DNA from: Amoebophrya sp. A120
Taxonomy: Eukaryota > Protista > Dinoflagellata
Assembly (NCBI GenBank): GCA_905178155.1
Contig: CAJINV010000001.1
Coordinates: 8,215,599 to 8,279,598, forward strand
Direction of reading: 5' to 3'
DNA: 64,000 nucleotides
A program made the translations under genes and the position numbers. Of this stretch, positions 36,201-48,700 are shown piece after piece. The notes beneath the pieces were generated by a model. The model saw only the letters and a program-made list of their open reading frames with translations, was not told where the DNA came from and made no database searches. How positions within the stretch are numbered: position 1 is the first letter of the stretch; every line of letters starts with the position of its first letter.

Positions 36201-37198
36201 AGGCCAGAAATAGTAAAACACAACAGCAAATTTCAGTACAGCACGCGCTTGCACTGCTTCATGCTAAAGCCCATGGCGCAAAGCTCCGTGACTCGTGAAT
36301 CCTCTTGCACACCCCGGGAAGGCTGCTGCGGAGGTGCGGTAACCGTAACCGGCTTTTTTGGGTTTTTGCCACCGGCGCCCCGGGAGGGTGCTTCTGCCTC
36401 TGCTCGACCCGATGGTGCTCCACTTGAAGACTGTTCGCCTCCCTTACCGCCGCCTTTTTCTGTTAAGTATGTCGTCGTGATAAAGGCTTTCTTATTTTCT
36501 AGCGGAAACGCTGGGATTATGGTATGGATTAAACATGGCTTTATCATCAATAAAGAAGTCTGAGCAGACTGGGTTCCATCAAGTCCGTGTAGTATGCCTA
36601 TGCTTTGTAAGACATGATGGCGAAAAATCAATGAAGCCAAGTTATACTTCCGCCAAACTGCGATAAGTCCCGCGGTGGGAACGACCTTTTGACGTCTACC
36701 CATTTTCCGCTGATCTGGTGCCCGTAATCGTTTTTGTTCAAGCAGCGTTCTACCGCCTGCGACTGGTGAAACGTGATGTAGCCGAAACCCCGCGCGATGA
36801 AGAGTTCTTTCCTGTCAACTGTCCCATACTGCTCGAAATACTTCATTATTTGGCTTTCCGTTGTCGTCTGCGCGAGTCCGCCCACGAATATTTTGCACGC
36901 TGGGTCTCCGTCCTGTGAACTTGTTGTGTCGTGTTGCTTTCCTTTGCTGTTGTGGCCGGCAGAATTACTCTGCCCGCCTCGGCTTGAATTATACCTGAAA
37001 ATTGAATAAGTTTGGAAATGAAGACAAACAGAAACCTGCACACGGACAAAGACGAGCGACCTGTTGGTAAAAGGTAGGTAGGTAGATTTACTCAACTACG
37101 AAGTCATGATCATTCCAGTACTGCTTGTGCTTGTGTTTTTGAATTTGGAGTTGAACAAAATACAAAGAACGCAAAAAAAAAAAACAATACTTCGACAT
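33232..37198 (-). CDS. RRM + UBA + Q/N-rich + two SH3 domain protein, multi-exon with GT-AG introns
   Basis: RRM: KIFVGGL..RGFGYITF..VDVKRS (~36680-36900). UBA: LCAMGFSMKQCKRVL|GNCGWDVNKALDKLL. PolyQ tracts at ~34250-35150. SH3: GSGWSFG..QGWFPTSC (~33830-33960) and CGWWIG..KGYFPGNY (~33380-33560). The RRM-UBA joins are in frame; not every downstream junction was verified. Confidence 0.7.
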
Positions 37199-39132
37199 GA
37201 TGTCACGTCGCGATCGAAAAAGAGTCGTCAGATGCTATTCCTTTCGGCTCCCGAATCAAAGCAGCATAGGAAGAAGATGGGGAGTCATGCAATGTTTGCG
37301 GTCCGTTTTTGCAAGAAACACAAAGAGATAAAGAGTTTTATCACTTACACTATACTGAAAATTCTCTTTGGTGCTACAACTATTCGAATTCTCATGGGGA
37401 ATAGGATGAACTTTATTTCTCGTAAGGACCCTCCAACGAAGAAAAAATACTGACACAGAGATACGAGCTCTCGAAAGAACTCGACCCCTGCTATAGATAT
37501 AAAATGTAGCTCTTAAAAACGCCGTAAAGTCGGCACCTGAAGAAGAATTGATGTAATACAAAATGGGCGCTTACATAGAATTGGACGTCGTCGGTACTAC
37601 TTAATATTACGCAATATTTATGTTGCGTTGCGGAGGATTTTTTCATGAACAAGATTGTGATTGAAGATCTGGAACAAGATTTGACTTCATTTGCCGGTAC
37701 CGCCGCATCGGAACGATTTGTATTTCAAACGGATCCTTTTTTTCTCGACAATTATTTTCCATGCTGTCGTGTATCTATGCGTTGTAGTCCTAATTTCGTA
37801 ATCGTATCATGATCTTCAGAATTTGCTTCTTGTCTGTGTCTGTCAGTCCTTGCTCTGCTCTAAGGGAACATCGGCATGCGATATTTCTGTTCTCCTGATG
37901 CATTCATCGCACCGGTCCAAAAGGCGCCAAAAATATTTTTCTGATCTCCATATACATCACGACTCCTGTCGGGCTTGAATCAATCAATAGGTTATTTCTT
38001 GCGATGCGTGCGCGTCGTGTAATATTCTGTGATATCTCGTCTGCTTAGTATCCTTTTCTGGTGACACTGCGGCTACGTATTGTTGTTAGTTTTCTGGCGT
38101 TCTGAGATACTTGACCATAAACTTTTCTCTTGGGCACCACCACGCTGTTGATTCACAGGCAGCCCACGAGGACTGTGGACCATTCACAACAACTTCAAGC
38201 ACATTTATCCCCGTGCGGGATGGGGCTCTGTAGTAGGCACAAGTATTTCGCTTTGCGCTTGCCTCTCCCACTGCGCGCCTAGTCCACCTGTGAGGGAACA
38301 AACAGCAGCGTTCAAGAACGCTGGGGCAAAAAAGTTCGGGGAAAACTGCAACGATCTAGCACTAGCAGTGGCAAAGAACAACCGTGAACATACAACATGA
38401 TATGATAACAGACACTTCGCAAACAAAATGTAAAAAATTCGGCAAAACAACAGGCGATGAATAAAAATTCGGCAAAAATGCAAAAAAATGACGCTTAAAA
38501 TCCGTACCGTTTGACGTTGACAAGCATCCAGGCGAGTCTATCGCTCGTAGTTGCGCGGCACAATCCTGTGTGTGAGTCGAAAACCTTCGACTTCTCGGCT
38601 TTAGCCCCTGTTTTGTGTAGGTATTTCAATGGAGTCTGTATCCACTTTATCCAATTTTCGGCCCCCGGGCTTCGACGAGATATTCATATATACAGTCTGT
38701 CCGATGTGCAGAAGTTGTACTACAGCTGCCACATTTTTGCGCACGTCTGCCAGTGAAGGTCTGCAGCGATTCTTTCACATCCTAGAGACCCGAGGCGAGC
38801 ACAACAGGGCGAATGAAGAGATTTGTCCCTCCTATAATTTTCATACTCAATCGTAAGTCTATGGTGAAAGTCGAGCAGGAAAATGGAATGTGAACTACCT
38901 ACCATGGAAGCGCTCCCAGCCCCCGAGCGCGCTGCTGTATAATTTGCGACGCCAAACGTGCCAAGAATCGGGCTCCGACACCAAGCCGCCCGCCGTGTGC
39001 TTCAAGAACAAAATGAAGGTAGAGCGAAACGAAATCACAATATTAAATGGCCACTCGGGATCGGGAAGATGTAACAATATCATCTTTCCCGCGAACCACG
39101 TCGACACCAAAAGCAGCAGCAGCGACCCTCCG

Positions 39133-42100
39133 CTAACTGTAGCGCGACGTGCCAACAACCGGCTTCCTCGGTGGGGTACGAGACCGAGATCGCGAACGAC
39201 CACGACCTCCAAAATGTCCGCTTCCGTAATAAGGACCTCCTTTTATTCCATAGCTTTTATCGTAAGGGCCGTCATACCCGCCTCTGTGCCCGCCCTTGTA
39301 GCTACTGTCGTGGTCCACCCTATCGCGCTCCCGATTGCGCTCACGGTCACGGTCACGGTCCCGATCCCGGTTGTCATAGGTCGAACTCTCTTTGACAGCT
39401 CGGGGAGAGCGGTCCCGGTCGCGTTCTCGCTCTTCGTAGCGATCGCCCATGTGGCGGTCTCGGTCTTCGTAGCGGTCGCCTTTCAAGCTATGAAATTGCA
39501 AAAGAGGCGGGGGTGGCCCTGGAAACAAGAAAGCGAATGATTCGCTTTCCTCAACTTCACTTTATAAAAACCTTTATCTTCAAATCGACTTTGCGGCTGC
39601 TGTAGATGTAGTCGATGCCAGCTGCTGCACATCTGTGTTCGCAAAAGAACACGCAGCGACAGACAGTCTGATTAACTCAGACAGGTAGCCGGTATGATGT
39701 TGCACTTACTGTTTGATTGATATCATAAACGCAACCGCAAGGTGGATGCAAGAATCTTAAGATTTCTCCATCTTCGTTCTCTTAGGTACTATGCCAGTTC
39801 CAAGATAAATTCTCTTTGGCAGCGGCGCCATTCGCGCTTGCCGATGCACGGCAGGTTAGTCGGTTATGCCGTCGCTCATAGATAGTATTATTGAGGACCA
39901 CGGACTTGCTAAGTATGCTAAAGAGAGGCTAAGCTGTTCAACCAGGACCCTGACCCGAATAGTATTCGGGTTCGTACCCCTTGTAGGCGTAGTCGTAGTA
40001 GCGGTCCTCGCGGTCTCCCTTGTAGCCACTTTTATTCCTATCGCGGTCATCGTAGTAGCCCCCGGGCCTTCCGCCCTTGTAAAAATCGTCATACTTGCCC
40101 TTCCCCTTGTAAAAATCCTCATAGTAGAACCCTTTGCCTTCGTAGCGGTCCCGGCGGGCTCGAGCGCGTTCCCGCTCCTCCCTCGGGTCCAGTCCCTTGC
40201 CCTTGCAATACTGCTCGAAGCACCACTTCCCGAACTCGCGATAAAACTCCGCCCCGGGCTGAAAATCCATGTACTTGTGTCGAGCCTGGTCGCAATAGCC
40301 CCGTTCGTTTTCCCACAGCTCCTCATACTCGCGGGCCATAAACAAACCGCGCAACAACATGCGCTTTCCAGACTTTGGGTCATCCTTACTAATATCGTCG
40401 TTGCGCTGCTCCACAATACTCGAGATGGCCTGCATCTGTAGAAAATGGGAAAAAGACATCATGTCAGTGGAAAGACGAGCGGAGATGAACAGTAGACCAC
40501 GCGACGCTGCGGCTATCCGAACCGAGCATGCCAACAATGAAGCGCCGCGCGCAGCGTTCACATCCGCGGCAGGAGTGCGCATTTACAGGGACAAACGACC
40601 TCCCGAGCTCAAGAACGAATCGAATATGGATTCCAAATTCTACAGCCTACCTGATTCGAAGTCGAACCACGGCGGTGTGGCATTAAAAGTGCGCTAAAAA
40701 GTAAGCGCCTTTTCGGAAGAGGAAGAGCAGCCGGGATGTGGATGAAATCTTAAAATATAAAATCTCAATCGCGGTTTCCCAAACACAATCTTTACCTGCT
40801 GCCAATGCATTTTGGTGGGTCGATACCCCGGGTGGACTTTCAGCCACAACTTGGCGTACTCTCGGAGTTTTTCGTGTCGGGTGGTCGGCCCCGATCCGGC
40901 CTGCTCCTTCCGGTCGGCAGCCTCGTTGCGGTGCTTCTGCCGTTCGGTCCGGTGCACAGTCGCGTTCCGTTTCCCAGACAAGGCTTGCTCAAGCATTTTC
41001 GGGTCCTTTTCCCATTCCCTTTGTTCCTTGATCCACGCTCTTTCCGCTCGCTGGTCCTCGCGAGCGAGACGGCGCTGGCGCTGCTTCTCCTGCACTTCCT
41101 GGATCCTTTTCCGGAGAACTTCTTTCAGCGAATAGCGCCCGACCTTCAACTGCTGTCCGAGACTGTCTGCAAGCAAATTTTGTACATCAGCCCCCACGCC
41201 TGGTAAAATGTCGTGAACGCCGGCTAGTATCTCATTCGAGGACGGCAAGTCCGTGTTGATATTCTCGAAGAACTCCTTCTCTTTTTTCTGATTCTCTTCG
41301 TTCCCGCCCTTCTTCAGCAGCGGCGTGTCTTGCGCGCCGCAGAAGAACCGGCGCTTGACGTCCTCTACCATCCTCACCGACATTCCCGTGTCGAATGTCA
41401 TCAAGGAGATGAGGGCATTGATCAAGTCAAACCCCAGCGAGCACACCGGATCCACATCCTTCGCTGCGGGAAACCAGTGGCCGTCGATCACCCCGCGCGC
41501 TTGCGCGTCGTCAAACTCCGAGGTTGCGAGGTGGCTCAGGACCTCACACACCCCCTCTTCCACCCCCTTCTTGTTCCAGAACGCCTCCGCGCCCCTCTTC
41601 TTGCTCCTGCAATCAAAAAAGGCGCGGACTTTGTTTTTCAAATTTGTCCGATTTTCCTTCTCCATAATCTCTATCAAAGTGAAAAAAGCCCCCACCCCAT
41701 ATCGGAAACGGAAGATGCGCGAATTTGTGATGCTGTATTTGAGGCGTGAGGCGTAACATGATCGCTCTCGGAAGAGGTGGAACAGTCAGCAGCCCGAACT
41801 CATCGGTTTTGCCAGGTCCACAACCCCCTGGGGGTGAAATACGGGGGTGGCTCCGCGTGGCGGCGATCTAGGATCGCTACCTGGAAGAAGGAGTGGGAGC
41901 CTCTTTTCAGATGTACTCCACAAACCTAAGCCAACCACTGCCCCCGCAGTCACAAACTCACACCCGACATCGAGAACCGATGCGAGGGAGACCCCGGCAA
42001 CCCTTCCCTGCGACCGAATACCGAGAGGGATAAGTGGACCCCTCAGTTTAGACGGAAGCAGAGGCATAGTCCCGGAGGGCACAAAGTGTACGAATGCTCC

Positions 42101-43814
42101 CCCTAGTGAAAGCCGGGTCGTTTCAGCACTATGAAACAGTGTGGCAATCAACCAAGGCGCTCGACTGTACTCAGCGGCGAGTACGAAGAGCTAGGGACGT
42201 GAGAGACACCTTCCGCGCGACATCCCGACCAGGTAACCCGTATCCCCCCGCCTCAGGGGACCGGGGACCAAACAGTCGTGGCAGCAAAATGAGCGAACCA
42301 GACAGATGACAAAATGGGCGAACCAGATATGCTGTATTTGAGTACACAAGTCGACTTGTATTGCTAGAAGGCCAAGAGACGAAGCTGCGGCCTAAATTGC
42401 AGGCACTCTGTCATGCTGTTTCCCACTTCCAGTTGCCTCCTGTCATCCTGGAGCTGCAAGGCTTTCCCACGCTAGACAGCACTACAGTCCGCATCTTTTG
42501 CCGTCTAGCATCACAAAGCTGATTTGTGACCCCAAATCTGCATCACAGATTTCCGTTTTGATATGGGGAGGGGGCATTTTTCATTGTAATACTCTCCCGG
42601 TATACTGCGCGGTCCATCCCACCGCGGTGCGCGTCTCTAGCCCGAATTCTCCTCGCCTCGCAGAGTTCCTTGTTCGGCGAATAATCAGACATCTCAGACA
42701 TGTCCGAGAGCGGCTCTGAATCCTCTTTCGCTGCCGCCTTCTCAGCAGGGTGACCCGTTGGTCCTGGGTCACACCCATTCAAAATTGCGCACAGCCGCCG
42801 GCGCACTTCCATCATGGAATCCTGGGCATCCTCGTCGTCGTACGAACCTCTGCGTAAATCCGCAGTGGGGGCACCTTCCGACAGCTGCGAATCCGACACT
42901 TCCTCGGAATCCGATTCTTCGTCCTCGTCTTCATTGCTCTCACCTGCTTTGGCCTCGTCTTTCTTGCGCTCTTTCGAGGCGCGCTTGTTCTTGCCCCCCT
43001 CGGCTTCGGACTCCAGGGTTGCGTCAAAAAGCGTCATCATCCGCTTCACTTTTTCGCGCATATCCGGGTCTTCGTGCGTGCGCATCACCTTCTTTATCTT
43101 TTCGGATTCTGCCACATAGATTATCCTCTCCAGCTCCTCGCGCCACTCCTTTCCCCCCGAACCCTTGCCGGCGCCCGTCTTTCCCTCGCCCTTCCCGCCC
43201 TTCGCGTCGCCATGTTGGTAGTAGTGCTCGGGTCCCCCTCGTCTCCGGGCTGCACTGGAGGATCTTCGTCGACCTCGGCTTCTTCTCGGACCACCCGGGG
43301 AACGGCCGCGGGAACGCGGCCTTGCTTGCCGCCGGCTGTCTCCCGAGCGCGGACGCTCTCTTCTGCGGCCGGGGGAACCACGACGGGGCCCGGAAAGGAG
43401 GGTCCGTGACAAGCTACGCGAAGTGGATCTGGCCCTGCGCGCCGCAGGTGGCGGGCCGCGGGGTGCGGACACTCGGCGCCTGCTTGTCCCACTTCGGGAT
43501 CTACTCCTACCGGGGGACGCGGATCTGTTGTTCCCTGGAGGTGCTCGTGGTGGGGACCGGCGTCGACCGCGGCTTCCGCTGCGGCGCCGCGGAGGACCTA
43601 CTGTGTCAGGGGGAGGTGGTGCGGGGGCGCGTCCCCGCGAGTCCGGCCTTTTCCAGAACTCCTCATACCCGGCCCGCTTGTCGCGCTCCGGCTGCTTGGA
43701 CGGAGACCGCGCGCGCGGGGGCTGGCGCTCCAAATCCAGTTTCGCCCGCTCTTCCACGACGACGTTGTCGTTCTTGTCCACATCCACATCCTCGTTCTCG
43801 CTCAGATCACTCAT
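39133..43814 (-). CDS. RS/RD/RG-rich putative nuclear RNA-processing protein, spliced
   Basis: ORFs 42543-43859, 40694-41695, 39938-40582 and 39133-39528 join in frame through the introner at 41672-42596 and two GT-AG introns (HWQQ|MQAI; GPG|PPPP). Tracts include RSRSRS, RDRDRD and KGKGK. Confidence 0.7.
41672..42591. mobile_element. Family-B-related introner carrying a nested 585-bp insertion
   Basis: TIR TATCAAAGTGAAAAAAGCCCCCACCCCATATC pairs with GATATGGGGAGGGGGCATTTTTCATTGTAATA. Direct repeat ATCTC/CTCTC. Without the insert the element is ~321 bp, like its siblings. Excision gives VYRE|IMEK. Confidence 0.9.
41744..42328. mobile_element. Nested non-coding insertion with 14-bp TSD (SINE-like or truncated retroelement)
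   Basis: ATGCTGTATTTGAG occurs at 41730-41743 and 42329-42342. The right end is a ~25-bp tandem repeat containing CAAAATG(A/G)GCGAACCAGA. No TIRs. Confidence 0.75.
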
Positions 43815-45770
43815 CTGATTTAAGTTGAGGAAATTTTTTTCTTTCAACCCTTCGACCAAAACGAAATCATTTCGGTATAGGTCCTCAAATCAGCGGAATT
43901 AGGCTGCTGCTGATTTGCAAAGGCAAGAATAAACACATCCACGCGTGTAGTCTACGAAGTATTCTGTGCGTGTGCTCTGCACAGTCGTCACATATCTTTT
44001 AGCAAACAAACAACAAAAGCGAAAACCATGATCTATCCACCAACGTATATATCCGTGCTTCTAGTGATAATCAAGGCTCATGAACTCTGTTTGGACTCTG
44101 CAGCTCGTTCACCGCAACACCGATTTCGCTTATCACACAAAAGTAACCACATGACAAAATCCTGCACCTGCTTTAGCTTTACCTGTTCCTAAATAAATGC
44201 TTGTCGAAGATCAACTGCAACTCCCGTCGGATCATACAAAACCACTTCAGCGCCAATGGTTGAGTAGATCAAAAACGAACGACTTGTGTGCAAGTCGCTC
44301 TTGTCGTCATAGCCGAAGCGGTCAAGCGACGTCCAATTACGCAGCTCGCGACCATGCAGCCTCTGCTAGACTGCAAGATGATTTTGACGAGGAAGCCCAG
44401 CTAGAGATCGTCGCCCCGTCCTCCGAGCCTTTACCGCTCTCAAAATGCTCGCGTGGTTAGAGCAGTCGTAGCGGCATACAGAAACTAGAATTTCCACTGC
44501 GTAACCACCAAGACTGGAGGCAATGTCTCCCTTCCTAGTTGCTCGTGGCTAAAACACATCAGATGAAGTGTCAGAGGATACTTATCTGGTCGCAATGCTT
44601 CAAAGAAGTTAGGTTTTTATTCTTCTCAAGTACAACTTCGCTTTCCCGAGCGCATTAAGGAACAAGAACCTTTTCTAAGAGAGTGTCGTTGGTCAGTAAA
44701 AAAACCCCCAGGATTTCTGTCTTCCAACGACTCGCGACAGCAAAATTGCAAACCAATGGTCCTGCGAATTTGTATTTGATGAGGTAGAAGATCAAATGGC
44801 AAGAGGTCGCACATTGAAAGATTCTGCGAGATGCAAGAAAGTTTCTGGCATCTCGCATGCCGGCACTACTGAGAAATTTCTGCTGAAAAGAATCGCTTAT
44901 GACTTTATTCGGTTCACATCGCTACTTACTTACGCATTGTAAGATGCTGGGGGACCCACAGGAACGTCGTAAATGCCATCATTGATCTCTGACGCACACA
45001 CAAAATCAAACTGTCCTAGTCCTTGCCGTTTCTTTAGTACAAGAAGTGCTCCACCATCGTCATCATAACCGGGCGGATGATCGCTTCTTGAATTATTGGT
45101 TAGGCTGTGCGCTGGCTCGCCAAGAAAACCGAAGGAACATCAAACTACTTCTCATAATTCTGTAGAGCTGGAGAAGCGTGGGAAAATGCCTTTTTCGTGT
45201 GCAACGAAGGAGCTCACTTCCTCCTGCCTGGTGCCGCGGCAACGGGAACCAACATAATCGCGACTTTAGTTCGTTGTTACTCACAAGCGCCAAACCAACA
45301 AAATGTGATCCGCAACTGACCCTGACTCTGTACTCTCGAGGTGAATAGAATTCGTACGCTTCAAAAAAATCACCATCAAAAGAACGATGCGCTTGAAAAA
45401 AGTGCGCAGAGCTCACGGTCATGAGTGACCACGCACGAGTAACTTCTAAAAAAACGCTTCGTTTTTTACGTGGAAATGTCTTACTTCAACTACGCTTGCT
45501 ATTTGAATTTGAATTTCCGTTTTGCATTTACGTCCCTCTAGTTCTTCGACCAATAGGTTAACTGACTTTCGCTTTCCTGTCTGTGTGAGCTTTTCGAAAT
45601 AGCGGACGTGGTACTGACAGTAGCTGAGTAGATACATATGAAGGATATTCAGAATCGGATCTTTCCCCGTGAAGAGAATAAACTACTGAGTTCATATTCA
45701 TTGCAGAAAAAACCACGAAAGACCCTATTGAAGGTCATGAACATGATCGCGCGAAGCAGTTGCTCATAAT

Positions 45771-48700
45771 CTAAGAGAGGTAGTGGAAAACGGCCTGACT
45801 TGGGCGCTGCATTGCTGCTGGCACATCCCGATAGCTCGCGCGCTCATAGTCTTTCAGAATATCCTCGTTGCCTTCCCGCATGCGCACGAGCACAGACGGC
45901 GGGCCCTTGGGCACGCTAACGGGCCAATCTTTCTTGAAGCGACACTCGCTTAAATTCAACTCCACGCGACCCTTGTACCTGGCATTTGTGTAAAGTACGT
46001 TTGATGTTTCGCTTCATCCTCTACTGCGATTTTTGATCTCGTAGCAGTGGAAACGCGAGAAGGGGCAAGAAACTAGAACGCACAAAAAAAATGTACTTTT
46101 GCAGACAAGTCTCAGTCTCTACAACAGTAAATACTTACCCCAGCTGCGGCGTCGCTGGCAGTTTGATCAAGAAGTCTGGCTTCAGCTCCAGCGGCGTGTC
46201 ATTCTCTGCTTCCTTCTCGTCCTCGCCATCCTTCGCGCCACTCGCTTTCTTTTTCGGCGACTTCGCGCACCCGCACAAGCCGCCCACATTTTTTGCCAGC
46301 TGCACTGCAGCGTTGTCCATGAACTCAAACGTTTTGTCCGCCTCTACCCGGATGTTCTTGTCGCCGACGCCCCGCAGGGAGACCTTCGTGGGCCCGATCG
46401 GGTAGTCGTTCTTCCACTCCCCGGTTATGGTGGAGCCCCGGAACTGCATGCCCTCGAACTCGTAGTCCTGAATTTGCAGCGAGCCCGGGCCGTGCCGCAT
46501 GCCGTTCTGGAGTCCACCCTTGTACTTCCCGAGTTGCGTGACCAGCGTCCCAGTCTCGCCCTCCCACCTCCCGTCCACGATCGGTCCGTCGTAGGAGTGC
46601 TTGGCGCCCTTGATCGACATGAACTTGCCCTCAGTCATATCGTAAGGAAAAATCCCCCCCCATATTGACGCGATACATTTTGTGTTGCTGATTTGTGACC
46701 ACAAATCGCATCTGTCTTGCAAGAAGGCAACTCCACAGACTCCGCCGTATTATGCAGGCGGTTTGTCATGCCGTTGGGCCTACAGCGCGGACGTTTTTCA
46801 TGCTAAGCGCCTAGGCAAAAACCTCTCTCCTCAGGCTCGATAGGGGCCTGCAGTCCTCTCCAGCAACACAAATCTGATTTGTGTACGCAAGTCCAGCATC
46901 AGAAACTTCGTTTCGATATGGGGAGGGGGGATTTTTCATTTTGATAAATCACGTACACGTCCTCCTCGCAGAGCCGCGACGGCTCTTTCACCCCCGTGGA
47001 AACCTGGTCGCCGTCCAGGTTGAGGGTGATCGTCGTGATCCCGGTTTGCGGGTCTTTCACGATGGAGAAATCCGTCTCGTCCTCGGGTGTATCCACGAAC
47101 ATTTTCAGGATTTCCGCCGGCTCGTCGTCGTCCCAGATAGCCGTGATAACCCGCTCCTCGTCGTGCTCGAGGGTCCCTTCGCCGTGCTTCTTGTTTTGCC
47201 TCCACTCCCCCTCGTAGGAGAGGAAGTTCGCCTTGGCCGTGGGCTTCGCCTTGTACTTGCCAAACCCGTCGCGCGCCCCGTTCTTGAACTGCCCCTCGTA
47301 GCTCCAATTTTCCGCGGTCAGCGCGCCCTTTCCGTGGAAAAAACGGTTTTCCACATCTCCCTCGTACCGCAACTTCACGCGTTCGTGGGTAAAATTCATC
47401 ATCGTCTTCCCGTCGTCCGGCACACCGCCCTCGCAAAACTCCACCTTCGACCCATCCAGAAACTGGATGTAGCCGCGCAAAGAGTCTGCGTTTTGGAAGC
47501 AGGTCAGGCTCCGGTCGTGGTGCCAGGGATCGTCTTCCGGGTGGTAGAGGTGCAGCGTGTCTTCGTCGGCGCGCGTGTCCTGCAGGAGCTGCGGGTCCCC
47601 TTTCGCTTGGCAGTAGATGTTCTTCTCCACTGCGAGGGCGAGCTTCGCCGTTTCCACGTCTCGGTTCATCTGCATCACGCGGCCGTACTGTCCGTAGTGG
47701 AAGGGGATCACCAAGTCCGGAAAGTCCTCCTTGAAGGCTTCTTGGGAGATGGAAACCGCCCGCCGGGCCTCTTCGGACAGCAAGGAGTGCGTGTGCTCGT
47801 ACTGGGCGTTGATGGCCTCGTATTTTTGCTGCAGGCCGATGAAAAAATTCCGGCCCTCCTCCGCGTTCTCGCCGAAAATCTCGCCGTCTATGTCCTCGAA
47901 GTGCGCCATGCGGGCCCCCCGTATTACAATGAAAAACGCCCCCACCCCAAAACTTGGCGCATTTGTATTGCAAACCTTTCCAATGGAAACACTCCCCGTC
48001 TTGCATATATCAGCATCACAAATTTTCCATGCTGAATAGCTCAAATCTGTGTTGCAAAGGAGCCAAACAGCAGCTGGATCTCTTATGCAAAAGATACCTT
48101 GGGCCCCTGGATTCTTCATCAGAAAGGCTCGTAGTCCCTTCATGCAAGACAAAAAGCTTTCATTTGGAAACTTTGCATGAGAAACTTTTGTAAATTCCGG
48201 GGTGGGGGCATTTTTCATTGTAATACCTCGCGGGATGGCTTCCTTGATGTCGGCGACGTTGCACTTCACTTTCTTACAGTCCGCGATCGCCATCTGCAGG
48301 AGCGCCCGGCTGCCGCTCATGGGCAGACTCGCCAGGGCACGCAGGGCGTTCTTCTGCTTCGCTCCTTCGTCCGTACCGCGGTCGACACACCGCGCAGGGG
48401 CATACGCAAGATACTCCGGTCGGTAATCGAACACCGGTGCTTTTCCCACGCCGGTAACCGACCGCCAACCCGTCTTCGGCGGCTGGACGCCGCGCCCCTC
48501 GTCGGCGGTACCGTAGGCGGGCTTTGCGTTCCCGTCCTCGTCCAAATCCGGCAGAACTTCATAGCTCGGCTCTCCGGTAGCCAGGTTCCCGAAAAACCAC
48601 TGCATGCTCCGGTTTTCGTAGCTGTTCATTAGTGTTGAAAAGTTAAAAACATTTTTCGGCCTCCGCACTGCACAAAGGTCGGTGGCTGTGAGTGCATAGT

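Noticed and set aside
38450-38480. AAAAATTCGGCAAAA present twice in 38431-38480
   Set aside because: Short AT-rich intergenic duplication with no other support.
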